From Lama guanicoe (taxonomy: Eukaryota), in the NCBI GenBank assembly GCA_013239625.1, contig MU054001.1:3636167-3700166 (forward strand): a stretch of 64,000 nucleotides of DNA, read 5' to 3'. Position numbers and translations under genes: made by a program. Each line of letters opens with the position of its first letter. The first letter of the stretch is position 1. The notes beneath the pieces were generated by a model that was not told where the DNA came from, searched no databases, and saw only the letters and a program-made list of their open reading frames with translations. Below are positions 25,051-38,175 of this stretch, piece by piece.

Positions 25051-26399
25051 TCCTTAATGCACTGGGGAGGGAGTCAACTGGCTAACTTCAGCTTTGAAGG
25101 GGAAATAAATGCCATAATCAGGAGAAATGGAGTGGGCACCCAAGGCACTCTGCCCAGAAGAGGTGATATCTGAGCTGAGATCTGTCACTAGACCAGGAAA
25201 AAACCCACATTACCTCTTCAGTTTTCAAAGTCCACTCCAGGAGGACAGGAATTGGATACATGAAATGAATATAATTTACTGTGTCATCCTTTCTAGAATA
25301 TACTACAATCTTCTGATCTGCCCTCAGCTCTCCCTTGAGTCTGAGCAGAGCCTGGCTACTGCTTCAGTTTGTCCATTTTCTCCTGCTCTGGTCTTTAAGG
25401 AGACGGAGAGGAGCAGTTTCTATACCAGGAGACCAAAATGCAATCAGTCCTGAGATTGTCCCTCACAACCCGGAGGGTCTGTGCTGACCCTGAGCCTCTG
25501 TCTTCTCCCACTCTCAGCCACCTTTTCTTCATGTCTTGATTCCACCTGGGTCCAATCCCCTCACTGGCCCACATTTGGCAGAATATTGAAGGGGAACTTG
25601 ATCCTGCAGGCACCAGACCCACCCGTGTCCATTGCCAGCCATCCTCCTCTCAAGAAGAAATCACATGAGGCCAGTTGGATGACATTCAAGTGTGTGTCGG
25701 GGGTGGTGCAGGCGTGTTTTGGCATCCCTGGGCATTCTCCCTCAATTCTCAAAACATTTTTGGTTTTACTTTGCTTAAATTTCTTACAAGAGCACATGAA
25801 CACAAAAATAAGCTAAAGAGAACTTATTAGATAAAGGGAAAGAGGCAGCCAAGTTAAGTGTCATCTTTCCTAGCTGCACAAAGACTGAGGAGGCTCCAGC
25901 TTAGATCCACCTGACCTGGGACAGGGTGACATGGATGAGCGGCTCACCTCAGCCCCAGATGGAGGCGGGGCTCTCTGGGCTAAAGCATCTTCTATGTTTC
26001 ACAAGGCCACCGTGACATGGTCCCCAGGACCTGCCATCGGGGAGGGGACTTTGCTCTCCTTTGCTGAACTCTTGTTCCTACTCATTCTGGGAAACGTGGG
26101 TGCCAGCTCCTTTGGAGAATGTGGGATTTGGTTCTTGGTTTCTGCTGAGAGCCAGCATTTCGTGGGGCTGAAATTCAGCCAAGTCCTCTGTGTGGCACAG
26201 TGAATCTTCCTTCTTGTTCCAGCTCTCAGACCCCCTAGGTGGCGGGGTCAGCAAGGTCAGCTTCCTCCCTCCCTGGCACAGGGGGATCTTGGCCAAGGCC
26301 AAACCGAGGTCCTGTGGCAGCCAGCCCAGCAAGAGTCAGCTGCGCCTTGGCACAGCTGTCCTAAGGAAGGAAGTCAGCTTACCAGGACGGTGTAGCTTG

Positions 26400-26560
26400 G
26401 GCACTGGCTTGGCAGCCCAGAGACCCGTGTTCTGCTCCCACCTCTGCCATTACCTTGCTGTGTGATCTTGGACAAATCACTTTCTCTCTCTGGGTCTTAA
26501 TATCTCCATCTGTAGAATGAATAAGCTGGGGCATGTCTCACATTCTGAAAGACTCACTGT
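26400..26560 (+). mobile_element. MIR-family SINE
   Basis: ctctgccattaccttgctgtgtgatcttggacaaatcac...catctgtagaatg. Confidence 0.75.
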
Positions 26561-26706
26561 GATTCCAGGAGCTCCAGAGAGAATGTCTAGGTCAGTGCAA
26601 GTTTCAAGGAAGAACCCAGTAGCCTGCAGCATCCTTCTGAGCAAAGTAATGGATTTGGAATTCAAAGATTGCAAAGGTTCTTTATTGCTGAAGGGGGAAA
26701 GGTCCG

Positions 26707-26975
26707 AATATTGCTTAGCAAATTACCATCTGCTCGGGGCACCATTATGCCTTGACACAACCATTGGTCAGCAAATTGGTCACATTATTGGTTAGTAAAT
26801 TTGAGGCTGCAGAATTATTTATTGGCAAATTAGAGATGGCAGAATTATTGGTTGGTGAGGCCAGAATTGCAGCGATTGGTTAGCAAATTAGAGATGCCTG
26901 TTTTGGTCTGTGAATAAATCACGGCTGGTCAGGGTATTGGAGGCCAAATTAGAGGTGGCCGGGTTATTTATGGTC
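26707..26975. repeat. Degenerate ~30-bp minisatellite, consensus approx. attattggttagcaaattagagatggcaga
   Basis: Units start at 26784, 26814 and 26844 (exact 30-bp spacing); looser copies near 26707, 26760, 26872 and 26933. Confidence 0.75.
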
Positions 26976-27584
26976 CAACCAGGAAAGCAAGAAAGCGCAT
27001 TTGCCAGGCAGAGAGGGGGTCAGCCCTCAACGTGTGGGGCTACTCCTTGAGAGTGACTCCAGGTTGGCACTTTTCAAAGGAGCAATTATTATTTTGTAAG
27101 GATGAGGTGGTGTGAGCTGAATTCTTGTTCTGCACCCTCTAGCCCCCATCTCTCACTCGTTGTTTCCAAAAAGAACTGGAAAGATATTTGTAGTCCTGGA
27201 GCTGGGCAGTGGGGTAGAGGCTGGAACTCCAACCTAAGAAATGATTTGAGCAGAGCTTCTGGCTAGAGAGGGAGCCAAGTCTGATCCTGGAACATGCTTT
27301 CTTCAGACAAGATTTCTCTGACAGTCCTCTGGCTCAGCCTAGGATGGGGAACCATGGGGCATGAGAAATCCCTGACCTCAGGAGCTCAGGATCAAGTTGG
27401 AACTTCTCTTGTTCAAGGCTCTGGCCAGATCCCAGGTCCCTGGGAAGCCGGCTTCTTCCCTGGCAGTCTCCAGTGGTCTCACTCCTGTCTGAAACTCTCC
27501 TGTCTAGACCACTTATTACTCAGTTACCTCTGTCTTGCTTTCTAGTTGCTTTTGACTCTTGTTGAGTTTTTCACAGCACTGTTG

Positions 27585-27674
27585 CCAGATGAGAAGTTTT
27601 TTAGAGGCAGGGTTCCTTGTTCCACCCAGGGAGCCTGGCACAAGACTGGGCATATTGATGCCGACATGGATATA
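27585..27674 (+). mobile_element. L2 3' end
   Basis: ccagatgagaag...gaggcaggg...ttgttcc...gcctggcaca, running into the (GGAT)n tail. Confidence 0.55.
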
Positions 27675-27840
27675 TGGATGGATGGATGGATGGATGGATG
27701 GATGGATGGATGGGTGGATGGGTAGATAGGTGGCTGGATGGGTGGTTGGGTGGATGGGTGGATGGATTGATGAACAGATGGATGAAAAATGGATGAATTA
27801 GTGGATGGATGCTGTTTGGATGGTTGGATAAAAGGATGAA
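27675..27840 (+). repeat. (TGGA)n microsatellite, degenerating toward the 3' end
   Basis: tggatggatggatgga... directly visible. Confidence 0.95.
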
Positions 27841-30196
27841 TAAAGTTGCTGAAGTTGTTCGTAGAAGCCAGGGATCCCAATGTGGAGAAACACAGAATCT
27901 CAGAGTTTCAGAGTTAAGAGGGATTTGAAGTCATGCAATCCATGCTCCTTCCCTTGCCTAGTCCAAGTTTTTAAATTAAAAAAAAAAAAAGGCAGGGGGC
28001 GGCTATTGTCACTGTTCAAACACCTGGGAGCAAAAAGAAAAGTCAACCAGGGTCTTCCTGTTACCCCACGAGCAGTGAGTCCCACTCATCCTCAGTCTAC
28101 ACAAGAGAGCAATTTCCAGGGAGAGCCCAGGGAGAATCGGGGTGGAAGGAGGATGATTGTGTCCTGGGGAACTTTGGCCTCCACGGTCACCATGAAGTCC
28201 TCGACAAAACAAGGGGGCTTATCACCCTTGTAATGACAAGCTGAGTTTTAACTTTCCAAAGTGGCTGCAACTCACCTGGTTACTTCTCCCACCTCATCTG
28301 AGAGGGTAGCTTGGTGGGGACTCCTCATTTTACAGATGAGAAAACTGAAGTTCAAAAGGAAGACGTGACATCCCCCCTGGGGGCCCACAGTGAGTTAGGC
28401 CTAGAATCCAGTCCCCTGATCACTGCTTTTGTGCCCCTCCCACTTCAGCTCAAGGTCATAGAACCTGGTTAGGGAACCACTGGAGATTCGAGTTCAAGTC
28501 CATCCGACTCCAAAGCCCCTGCTCTCAAGTGCTTGCTGCCCTGTGTCCACCTGTGGCTTTGTTGTGATGGGTTGGCCTCTCTCCCTAGCACCAGGCCTCT
28601 GTCCCCCTGCCTGGGCAAAATGCCTTCCTGGGGTTGTCGGGGAAGAGGCTACACTTGCTCAGGCATGGCTGGAGTGGGGAGGCAGAACCCTCTCAACACC
28701 CTTCCCTACCCTGCGGCACTCCAGCCTCTTACAGCTCAAGGGACTCTGAGTAACAGGCTCCTAGAGAGTTAGAACCAGGAGGGACCTTGCAGAGCCCTGA
28801 GGCCAAGCCTTTGCTTGCACAGGAATACACCTGGCACCCACCTCCTGGGGACTTTTCTCAGCCAAGCCCTTCTGAGGCTGGAAGAGAAAAGGCAGGGACG
28901 GAAGCCCATGGCAATCAGCTTTTACTGGATGGCCAGGTGAGAGGTGGGGGTGCGGTAGTGAAGCAGATAGGGCTGGTCCTCTGTTCTCCTTTGCCTTTCT
29001 CCCCATCATCGGTTTTGCCACACTCTGTTGAAAATCTCACTGTGCAGATTTGGCCACCTGATCCTGATCCTCACAAATCCGAATCCTCTGTAGGTGCACA
29101 AATCTACAGCCTTCAGCTCCCAGGGCTCTGAAGGGAGGCAGCGAGTGCAGGGGACGCTTGGTGCCTCCAGGGAAGGAGGGGTCCTGACTGGTCCAACTGG
29201 ACGTGCTCCCTGGCGGTCCCTGCACAACAGCCTGGGGGCTGGCATCCCACCGTGGCCTCCGTCAGGATCCCAGGACCTTCAAGAGAGGCATTGGTTTCCT
29301 ACCTCTCTGGCTCTGGGGAGAAACTGCAGGAGCCTCATGGGAGGATTTAGAGCCAAAGCCGAGTTGTCTGTTGGGTCACAAATCAGGCTAGGGGTGGAAA
29401 GCTCACGCACAGCTCTGTCCTCTTTCTGAGCTGGGCCAGAGAGGAAAGGCCAGGGCTGGTTCCCCAGAGAGGCTCTAGTCCAACTTCTTCCACTCTGCAG
29501 ACCTACTGGGGGCTGAGAACCAGGCAAGGCAGGACCACTGGGGCCACGAACTGGACCCCAGTCCCTGACCATCTGTAACATGGGCCCAGCCATGTTCTGT
29601 TGGGGCCAAGCAGAGTTCAGAAAAATATAAAATCACAGGCAAACTTTAAACATTAGAAACATGATAATCAGGGTGTCTGGCTGCTACTGAAAAACCCAAA
29701 CCCCAGAATCCTCACATCAAAACATCTTTTTCAGTGGCCTCTGTACAGCTGGAAATTCCAGCATTAGTACCACTTCTTCCACAATTGCCCTTTTACCTGC
29801 ACCAAGGCCCTAGGTGGGGAAAACTCTCTAGCCATCAGGGTAGGGGGTAGTGAGGGAGCTGTCACAGTCTGAGACAGGTTAGAGACTGGTGGGAATTGGG
29901 GCTGGGGTGAGCCTTAACCTCTGCCTTGTTTAGGGCTGCGGTTTGTCCCTGGGTGGGAAAGACTTTCATTGACTTTGATCTTCCAGCCAACAAGCCCTGA
30001 TTCCATGGTGGTGCTGTCACTCTCCTGCCCCAGCCAGCCCTAATCCAGGTCCTGGTCCACAGACATTGTACAATAAACATTATTAAAGGAAGGAAGGGGA
30101 GAAACAAAGGGGACGGAGGGAGGCAGGGAGGAATAAAGCAAAAAATTGGGATGGGGGAAGTAATCTGTTTCCCAAAAGGGAAATGTGGCCATTCAT

Positions 30197-30620
30197 TCTC
30201 TCTTGGTTTGGGGTCCCCCAGAGGCAGATCTGGAGGCAAAGTTTCCAATGCAAGTCATTTCCCTGGGAGAGGATTCCAGGTAGGGCTCAGGGAAGTGAAA
30301 CAAAGAAGGAACAAAAGCGTGCATGAGTGAGCACATCATGCTGTGGGAAACCAGAGTTGGATCCTGCTCAAGATCCTTGGGGATCTGGCACCTAGAACTG
30401 GCACCTCAGGATTACTCCTCCCCCAAAGAGAGAGAGCTGGGATATTGATACACCATGTCCATCAGTCATTGCTTGAGGGCTGCTCCCAGGGGGTGTTACT
30501 TTCCAGGCCCTTCCAACAGTGCAACCTCAGGCAAATAGTGCAGATTTGCAGGAAGAGATGCAGGGGCAAGCAGTGGACATGAGACACCTTAGTGATGCTC
30601 TGAGGGGTATTGGCCAGCAC
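30197..30620 (-). mobile_element. LTR33-like ERVL solo LTR
   Basis: ggtttggggtcccccagaggcaga...tgcaagtc...agctgggatatt...atcagtcattgcttgagggctgctcccagggg matches recalled antisense LTR33. Confidence 0.8.
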
Positions 30621-30633
30621 TGACCGTGCCTGC

Positions 30634-30985
30634 CTTATGGGCTGAATTATGCACCCCCACCAAAATTCATATGTTGAAGTCCTAACCCCTAGTACCTCAG
30701 AATGTGACTGTCTTTAGAAATAGGGCTTTAAAAGAGATGACTAAGATAAAATGAGGTCATTTGGTGGGGCCTAATCCCATTTGACTGGTGTCCTTATGAA
30801 GGAGGACACAGAAGAAAGACCATGTGAAGGCACAGCAAGCAGATGTCCCCCGCCAAGGCCCTCGGCACCAACCAACCCTGACAACACCTTGATCCTGGGC
30901 GGCTAACCCCTAGAACTGTAAGGGAAAACATTTCTGTTGTTTAAGACATCCAGTCTGGTCTGTGGTACTGGGTTACAGACAATAC
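30634..30985 (+). mobile_element. MLT1A/B-type MaLR LTR
   Basis: ttatgggctgaatt...aaaattcatatgttgaagtcctaacccctagtacctcagaatgtgactgt...tgactggtgtcctta. Confidence 0.9.
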
Positions 30986-31529
30986 GGTCTGCTTCCCTCT
31001 AGGGCAGGACAGATATGTCCATACCTTAGATGCGGGCCCCAGGTTGAGACTGCTGCCCGGGGAATTGTGAACAGGACCATCGAGAGATGTGGGTTCTCAT
31101 GTCTATTGGATGCACCCACTTGGGTATGTCCCCAACTCATCTATAAAATGGGAGTTGTCAAGATTGGATGAGGGGGTCTACTGAGGCCCCTACAAGCCTG
31201 TGCAGCTCTGGCTCTGTGCTTCCAGGAAGGCTCCGGTGAAAGGCAGTTATGCCCTGATAGCCCCCTGAGGACCACCCTCTAGTCTCCTCCATCAGCCATG
31301 CCTGGCTCTCCTGGCTTCTCTCTGCAGAGTTTTGCCTCACTGCTCACCAAACGTCTACTGAAAAAAAAACCTCTGGGTTTGGCTCTGTGGGAGTTATAAA
31401 CATTAGTCAACATGACAATGTGACCCCTTAAAACAAACAAAACTGGTTCCTTCCTTGGGCATCCTCGTTGGGAACAGCTGAGCTAGGGTGAAGCACGGTC
31501 CTGGAGGTGAGAGGGTCCAGCACACGGGA

Positions 31530-31690
31530 GGCCTGGAATCCTGGTCTGTTCCTTACCTCGCCCGATTTCTGCTCTCCCATCTGCAATGTAAGCAAAATGA
31601 CAGTTCCCAGCTCCGGGTTGTTGAGAGGGTTAAACGGGTTAATACATGTAAGAGCTTAGAACGCTGCAGACAAGTTTTAGGCATCATTTA
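31530..31690 (+). mobile_element. MIR SINE
   Basis: gggttgttgagagggttaaacgggttaatacatgtaagagcttagaac. Confidence 0.7.
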
Positions 31691-31810
31691 AGGGCCAGGC
31701 TTTGTTCCTTTGTTCATTCATTCATTCATTCATACTAGAAAGAAACAGAGAGAAAGTGAAATAGAGTTTTTTCCATTGATCAGAATGAAGCATACAAAGA
31801 GAAGGGTCTC

Positions 31811-31970
31811 GGTGGGGAGGGTATAGCTCAGTGGCAGAGCGCATGCTTAGCATGCACAAGGGCCTAGGTTCAATCCCTGGTAACTCCATTAAAAAAAATA
31901 ATCGAATAAATAAACCTAATTACCTCCACCTACCCCCAAAAAAATTAAAAAAAAAAAAAGAAGAAGAAAG
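31811..31970 (+). mobile_element. tRNA-derived SINE (camelid Vic-1-like)
   Basis: Pol III A box tagctcagtgg, B box ggttcaatccc, A-rich tail; TSD caaagagaagg(g/t)tctc at 31795-31810 and 31971-31986. Confidence 0.9.
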
Positions 31971-32357
31971 CAAAGAGAAGGTTCTCTAGACAAAGTAGTC
32001 TCTAAAACGTAACTCAGAAAGTCAGAGGCCAAAACGCTCAGAATTTCAGGCTCCAGAACTGGGTGGTGGGAGAGAATTTCGCTGGTGGGTCGTTGCCAGC
32101 AACCAAAGTGTTGTGCTAGGTTGGCACAAACCGGGACAGTGAGTGACACTGTCACCCAACACCACATAATCATCTGGATATTTGAAAATGGAGACAGCCC
32201 TTCAGATGGGGGTCCAGGGTAGTGGTAGGCTGGAAAGGTGTTCGTCTGGTAGGGCGTTTTCCTTCTGCACAAAGCCTCCTGCTGTAGCTGCCTCATCACG
32301 GGAAAGTAGAAAAATAACCCAGATCTCAGTGGGTCATTCCAAAGGCTTCTAGGTCTA

Positions 32358-32437
32358 AGTGTGCGTGCACGCATACATACGTGTATGTGTGTATGCATGT
32401 CTGCATGCATATGTGTGTGCGTGGGCACATGCGTGCA
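32358..32437. repeat. Alternating purine-pyrimidine (TG/CA/TGCA) low-complexity tract
   Basis: gtgtgcgtgcacgcatacatacgtgtatgtgtgtatgcatg... Confidence 0.8.
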
Positions 32438-35229
32438 TGAGGGAGGGATACATTGGAGGGACGCTGAGACTTTCTGAGCTCTCATGGGAGAGCCCCAGGC
32501 CCACTGCTCCCTGCTTATTCCGCCTGAGGGTCGGTCCACCCCCACAGCTGCCCATTACCTGCCACCCAAACCACTGGCTCCGCACTGAACTCAGCTGGCC
32601 CAAGGGTCCTCCCAGATTTTGGCTGAACTTCCTCTTTCCTCAGACCATGTGAAGGAATCCAATAGATATTTCAAGATCCTTTTTTCCCTCCTCTTTATCA
32701 TTTTTCTTTCTTATTTTTTTTTTCTTTTTGAGTAAGTTTTTCTCTCTGAGTGGGTTCTCCGCTTGCTTTCTCACAGCCTAATCATTATTACATGAAAAAA
32801 TAGCTCCTCACACCTAGGAGAGAGGCTCTCTTACTGCAGGAACTAGGAATTTTCAATGGCAGTCACTGAGCAATTACACGCTACGATTTCCACTATATCC
32901 TCCAGTCTAGTCTTTGACAAAACGAGTCCCTATTATTAGACAGGCAATAATCAAATGCCTAAAATAGGCTTATAAAAGATCTCTAAACTACAGGAATGGG
33001 CTGTTACCAGGAGTTATGACTACAGTTCAGGAGCCGGTTTCCAGAAAAATCTACAGTGACACGCATAACGTTCTCTGTTTGCTGGGGAGAGGCTGCATAC
33101 TACAGAAAACGCAGAAGGAAGGAGCGGGTGCGGGTGGGAGACCACAGATCCATCAAATTATAGTTCTTAGCTCATGGCAAAGCTTCTGGGAGCTAATACA
33201 TTCTCTGGGGTCTTTTATGCAAAAGGACAATTTGTTTAGACACTGTTTGGATTTCATTACCCAGGAAACCACTTGAAGGTGTTATAAATTCTGTTACAAG
33301 ACTCTGTTTTAGAAATGCCTACAGATCTACAGACTCATTCTTTCTTCTTTCCGGTCTGTTCTGGAGGCATCTTGATGGACAACAGTGTATCCCAAACCTG
33401 GGTCATATTTTTTGACGTATTGTTCTCAGCTTTTTCTTCATATCTGTGTGCCTCCTGTAGTATATCATTGAGTTGTCATTTTTCTTTAAAGAAATTTATT
33501 CGAAATAATAAATGCAACTTTAAATTCATTTCTTGGAGTAGGCAACTTTAGAACATTCCTCTAAAGGGAAAACCCATCTGTTTCCTTTCTAGCTGAAAAC
33601 CTGGGTCACTTCTGTCCCAGCCTCCTCCTGTCTGCCACGGATGAGCCTCCCCCACCACCTCTGTGGCCAAGCTGTTCTCAGCTCTCTCCAGGGTTGGGGT
33701 GGGATGGAGAGGCACCTTCTCAAATGGGCAGCAGAAAGTGTTGGCACCACCCATGGACAGATGGGAGTATGTGTGTGAGCCTTGGATGTCTGCTATGTTA
33801 ATATGTTTTGACCTGAAACCTAAAGCAGTCTGTATCATCTGAAAACTACTCAGCTTCCTTCTGGGCTTCTCTTTCCTAGTGTTGCAAATACAGCAAACTT
33901 AGCTCTCTCTCCCATCACCTCATAATCCAACAGAGCAGGAGTACAGGGTCCATCTCCCCCCTTCACTGCTTCAGTATTTTGTTTTTCACTTACTCTTGGT
34001 CTAGAAGAATATCCTAAGGAGGAATCTGCACACATTTCAAGTCTTCTCACTGCTCTTTGGAAGAGTTTTAAGTTTGTTGAGATCATCTCCCAAAGAAGAA
34101 CGTCTCTGGTTTCTGCTGGGTGTGAAATTCGTGACATGGTTGCTATGGGCACAGGACTGGGACGTAAGGAGACGCCATCTTCTCTCAGCCTTTGCCACAC
34201 TCTGCCCACTGCAGGGTCCAACACTTGGAGAGCATCTAACTCAGTCCCTTGCTTCCCACGCAGGAAAGCAGCACCCTGGCACATCCCGCTATCCCAGCTT
34301 CTGCAAAGTTCTCTAGCTCTACCTCTGGGGAAGATACGTGACCTCCCCGCATCTCCATGTCCTTTCACTGTGAAATGGGGAGGATGAGGATGGCTGGGTC
34401 CCACATACCCAGCCAGGGGGCCAGGAGGACAGGGGCAGGGGCGCGTGCTAAGCGCCCAGCCCAGCCCTGGCACATATGTGTGTTCCCCCTTCCCCAGCTG
34501 CATGCTGGTACCTGCCACTGACCTCCCCTCGCTGCTAGGCTCAGGTGGGCCGGCCACGGGAGGGGCTTATCAGTTTCTAACTTTGTTTAACAGAGAGCAA
34601 ACATGTACCAGTGTGACCTCCCTCGCAGTGACCCTGTATTGTGAGCAGAGTCTTTCCCCTTCTCAAGGGCTGACCCAGGTCAGCCTGACCTTGTCAACAT
34701 CCCCCCAGGCCCCAAGATTCTGGGGTTGACTGGTCACAGGCTATTTCTCCCATCCCTGGTGAGCAAACAAAACCCTACGGCAGCCCTCCCCCTCCTCCCA
34801 GCCCATCCTGCCAGAAGATCGATCCTCCCATTACAACCTCACCAGAGCAGAGAAGGGACAGGGGTCTCCGTCTGGACCAGCCCACGGGAGCTTACTGGCA
34901 TCCTTATGATCTCCTGGACACATATGAGCGATGGCTGTGGGACGCTGCTGAGATGCAGCACGAGATAAAGGGTTGAAAGCTCTGGCTCTTGTAAGCCATG
35001 TGACCCGGGGCAGGTGAATTTGCTTCTTTTTAGGTCTTTTTGCCTATAAAATGAGATTGTTTCTATCTTTGGAGAGAAGACATACTGTCTTTTTAAACTT
35101 TTTTCCTTTCTAAAGAAATTATAACAGACAAACAGAAATGGACAAATGTAGATGTATAACCTGGGAGTTGGCTTACTTCCAAGAGCCAAATAGAAAACAC
35201 TTTAGACTTTGCAGGCCTTACCATTTGTC

Positions 35230-35648
35230 TTTTTGTTGTTGTTATAATATTTGTTTTAATTGAAGTCTAGTCAGTTTACAATGTTGTGTCAGTTTCTGGT
35301 GTACAGCACAATGTTTCAGTCATACATGTATTCATTTTCATATTCTTTTTCAGTATAGGTTACTATAAGATATTGAATAGAGTTCCTTGTGCTATACAGT
35401 ATAAACTTGTTGTTTATCTATTTTATATATAGTAGTTAGCATCTGCAAATCTTGAACTCCCAATTTATCCCTTCCTGTCCCCTTTCCCCTCTGGTAACCG
35501 TAAGTTTGTTTTCTATGTCTGTGAGTCCATTTCTGTTTTGTAAATAAGATCATTTGTGTTTTTTTTTAAGATTCCACATATAGTGGTATCACATGGTATT
35601 TTTCTTTCTCTTTCAGGCTTACTTCACTTAGAATAACAATCTCCATGT
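35230..35648 (-). mobile_element. L1 3' end, 5'-truncated (cetartiodactyl/camelid type)
   Basis: T-rich tail, then tttacaatgttgtgtcagtttctggtgtacagc...tggtaaccgtaagtttgttttctatgtctgtgagtc...agattccacata. Confidence 0.88.
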
Positions 35649-36274
35649 GGAAAGAGAGCAGAGATGTGGTTGCACTAGAGGCAGAGACCCAGAGCTCATC
35701 CCTGCCCCACCTCTCTACATTCTGGGCCCTAATGGTAACCACAGAGGCACTGCCAAAAGCTCTGAGGGTTGCCTTGAACCCAGCTTGGAAATCATGCCTT
35801 CAAACATTCATTAATATCTGAATGAGACAAGTACTCAACTTCTAACTCACCATTGATGACCCACCACTTCATGGTCCCCTGGGAAGATGATCAAGGACAC
35901 AGCGAGGGGTCTGTCAAGGTAATGGCAGACAGGTGAGTGGTGCCAGGTGGCCCTTGTGTCAAAGGAGAAAGGCTGGCCTTGTAGGCATCTGTGGGAAGAT
36001 GGACAGTGAGAACAGGCAAGTTGAAGATGAATTAGTGACATAATTAGAGAGGCTGACCACTTAAAGAAGAGTTAGAGTCACACCAAAGAGATCTGGGCCT
36101 ATGGCTTGGCTTCTCCACTCAGCTCCTGTTTGCCTAGCAAAGCTCACTCAATCTCTCTGAACCTCAGTGAACACTGTGTAAAAAGGGAAATCACTCCTTA
36201 CGTAGGCTCCCTGCTAGAATGTTTGCACTGTTCAGATGGGATAATGGGAATGAAGATGATTTGTCCCTCGAGGA

Positions 36275-36515
36275 CAATTGTTCTCAGCCGGGGAGGGAGG
36301 ATTTTGCCCACCCCACTATCCCCCAGGGGACATTCAGCAGCATCCAGGAACATCTTTGGTTATCATAACTGGAGGATGGGAGAAGATGCTACTGGCATCT
36401 AGTGAGTAGAGGCCAGGAAAGCTGCTTAAATGTCTCACAGTGCCCAGGATACCCCCACACACAATAAAGAAGGATCTAGTCCAAATGTCAGTAGTGCTGA
36501 GCTGGAGGAATTCTG
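36275..36515 (+). mobile_element. MER20 (hAT-Charlie)
   Basis: ccccaggggacatt...tgctactggcatctagtgagtagaggccagg...aaatgtcagtagtgctgag. Confidence 0.88.
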
Positions 36516-38039
36516 CTCTAGAATCTTCAGGATGTGTGATTTAAACAGAACGGGCTGTCAATGGACACCTGAGGCAGGGAATGACTGATGGTACCCTGCT
36601 TTTGGTTGAGTGTGTATATGTCGGGGGGATGCGGTGACAAGAAAATGTCTCAGATTCCCCTTGGCTGGACCAGCTCTGGAGTTTCAGCCCAGAGAACTTG
36701 TCGGCTACAGACAAAAGAAACATGGCCCTCGTCACTAAAAGAAATGTCTTCCCCAGCCCAGAGGCAGGCCATGTGAACATTAACAGCCTTCCGAAGAAAT
36801 TCATTCATCACAGGGGATCTCGTTACCCACACTTCCCCACTCAAATTCTCCCTCCTCTCTGGATCCCCACACCCCCCTCCACCACCACTAAGTGTCATGG
36901 CTTCCCCTCCGGGTTCTGATTAGACCTTATCAGCCATGTGGGGACCAATGAATGGAGATCACTCACAGATCAAGACCCCTGATACCGCTTACATCCTGTC
37001 CCCAGCCGCCCCAGTTGCCGGCTGCAAACAGAGCAGATCTGGCTTTGGGTGATATTATTCCATGTCCTCAACCAGAGACATTGAGATAATAACTTTCCAA
37101 ATATTGTCTTACGAGATGCTTATCATTGTAAAACAATATTTTGTCACTGGGCAGTCGACTGGCAGGATCATCTTGCAGAAACACACAGGTTGGCGAGGGG
37201 AAGGGAGGTCATTGAACAGTGGGGAGGGTTGAAGGAAGCAGCCTATGGGGAGAGACAGTGGTCTTTCCAGACACTCAAAGGGCTTCAGGACAAGTCAGGG
37301 GCCAGAGGAGCTGGTTTTCAGGCTGTAAACCATGAGTGTCAAATCAGAGGGGACATCCAATGCACTTTTAACCTGGGGTGCAGTGGAAGATGTAGTTACG
37401 AAGGACCCCTTCCCTGCTCTCAGGGAGTTTACAGTCTAAAAGGGAAGATGCAGAGCAACGCAGACAAGGTGATGTGTCATTGTCAGACCGTCATCAACTT
37501 AACAGCCTTTCAGCAAAAATAAGATAAATAATATTGAACCACATACACATCAGCTCTAAGGTACATTGTCCTTTGGCCTCTGACTCCGTCTTGGTAGCAA
37601 AGGGGTCTGCAGGGAGGGGAGCCTCAGGTCTATCAGCGCAGGATTCTGAGTCTGGAGGTGGGGAGAAAGGGCAGAGCAGGGAAGTGATAACAGGATTGAA
37701 AGGAACAGGGCAAGCCTGGTGTCAGTGCGGCCACAGAGCTGCACAGGGGCTGAGGCTGTCAAAGTCCACTCCCCAGCACCCACCCCTGTCATCAGAATCC
37801 CCTTAGAAAAGTCCAGTCCTCTGTGGGACCCTTTCTAGGAGATCCCCGGCAGGCAAATGCAGATGGAAGAGAAAGGGGAGGGGAAATGCTGTGAATGTGT
37901 GTTTTGGTTTTGCTTTGGTTTGGTTTGGGGTTTGAGGAGGGGTGGCTTGGGGGTCTTGCGCTGCTGTGACACAGTGAGACACGCCTTTCATGCTCTTGCT
38001 GTGAAGATCAAGTTGTGGTGAAAGGCAAGGCCTCTGTGG

Positions 38040-38175
38040 GCCGGCTACCTCGGCCCAAACTCTGACTCTGCCACTTACCACTAGCTGGGTAATCTCGGGC
38101 AAGTTTCTCAACCTCTCTGTGCTCTCTCATCTATAAAATGGGTACAGCCTTCAGGTTGCTGTGAGGATTAAGACA
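38040..38175 (+). mobile_element. MIR SINE
   Basis: ctctgccacttaccactagctgggtaatctcgggcaagtttctcaacctctctgtg...gtgaggattaa. Confidence 0.85.

Noticed and set aside
26707..26975. CRISPR-like array
   Set aside because: Units are contiguous and degenerate with no unique spacers, no cas genes, and the DNA is mammalian
31814..31887. tRNA-Ala-like sequence
   Set aside because: Followed by a SINE body, A tail and TSD; it is a SINE head, not a tRNA gene
31916..32545. 209-aa ORF
   Set aside because: Runs through a TG/CA low-complexity tract and the SINE tail
33850..34557. Longest ORF in the track (235 aa, minus strand)
   Set aside because: No recognisable domain, composition typical of GC-rich non-coding DNA and no exon structure; an ORF this long can occur by chance in 64 kb
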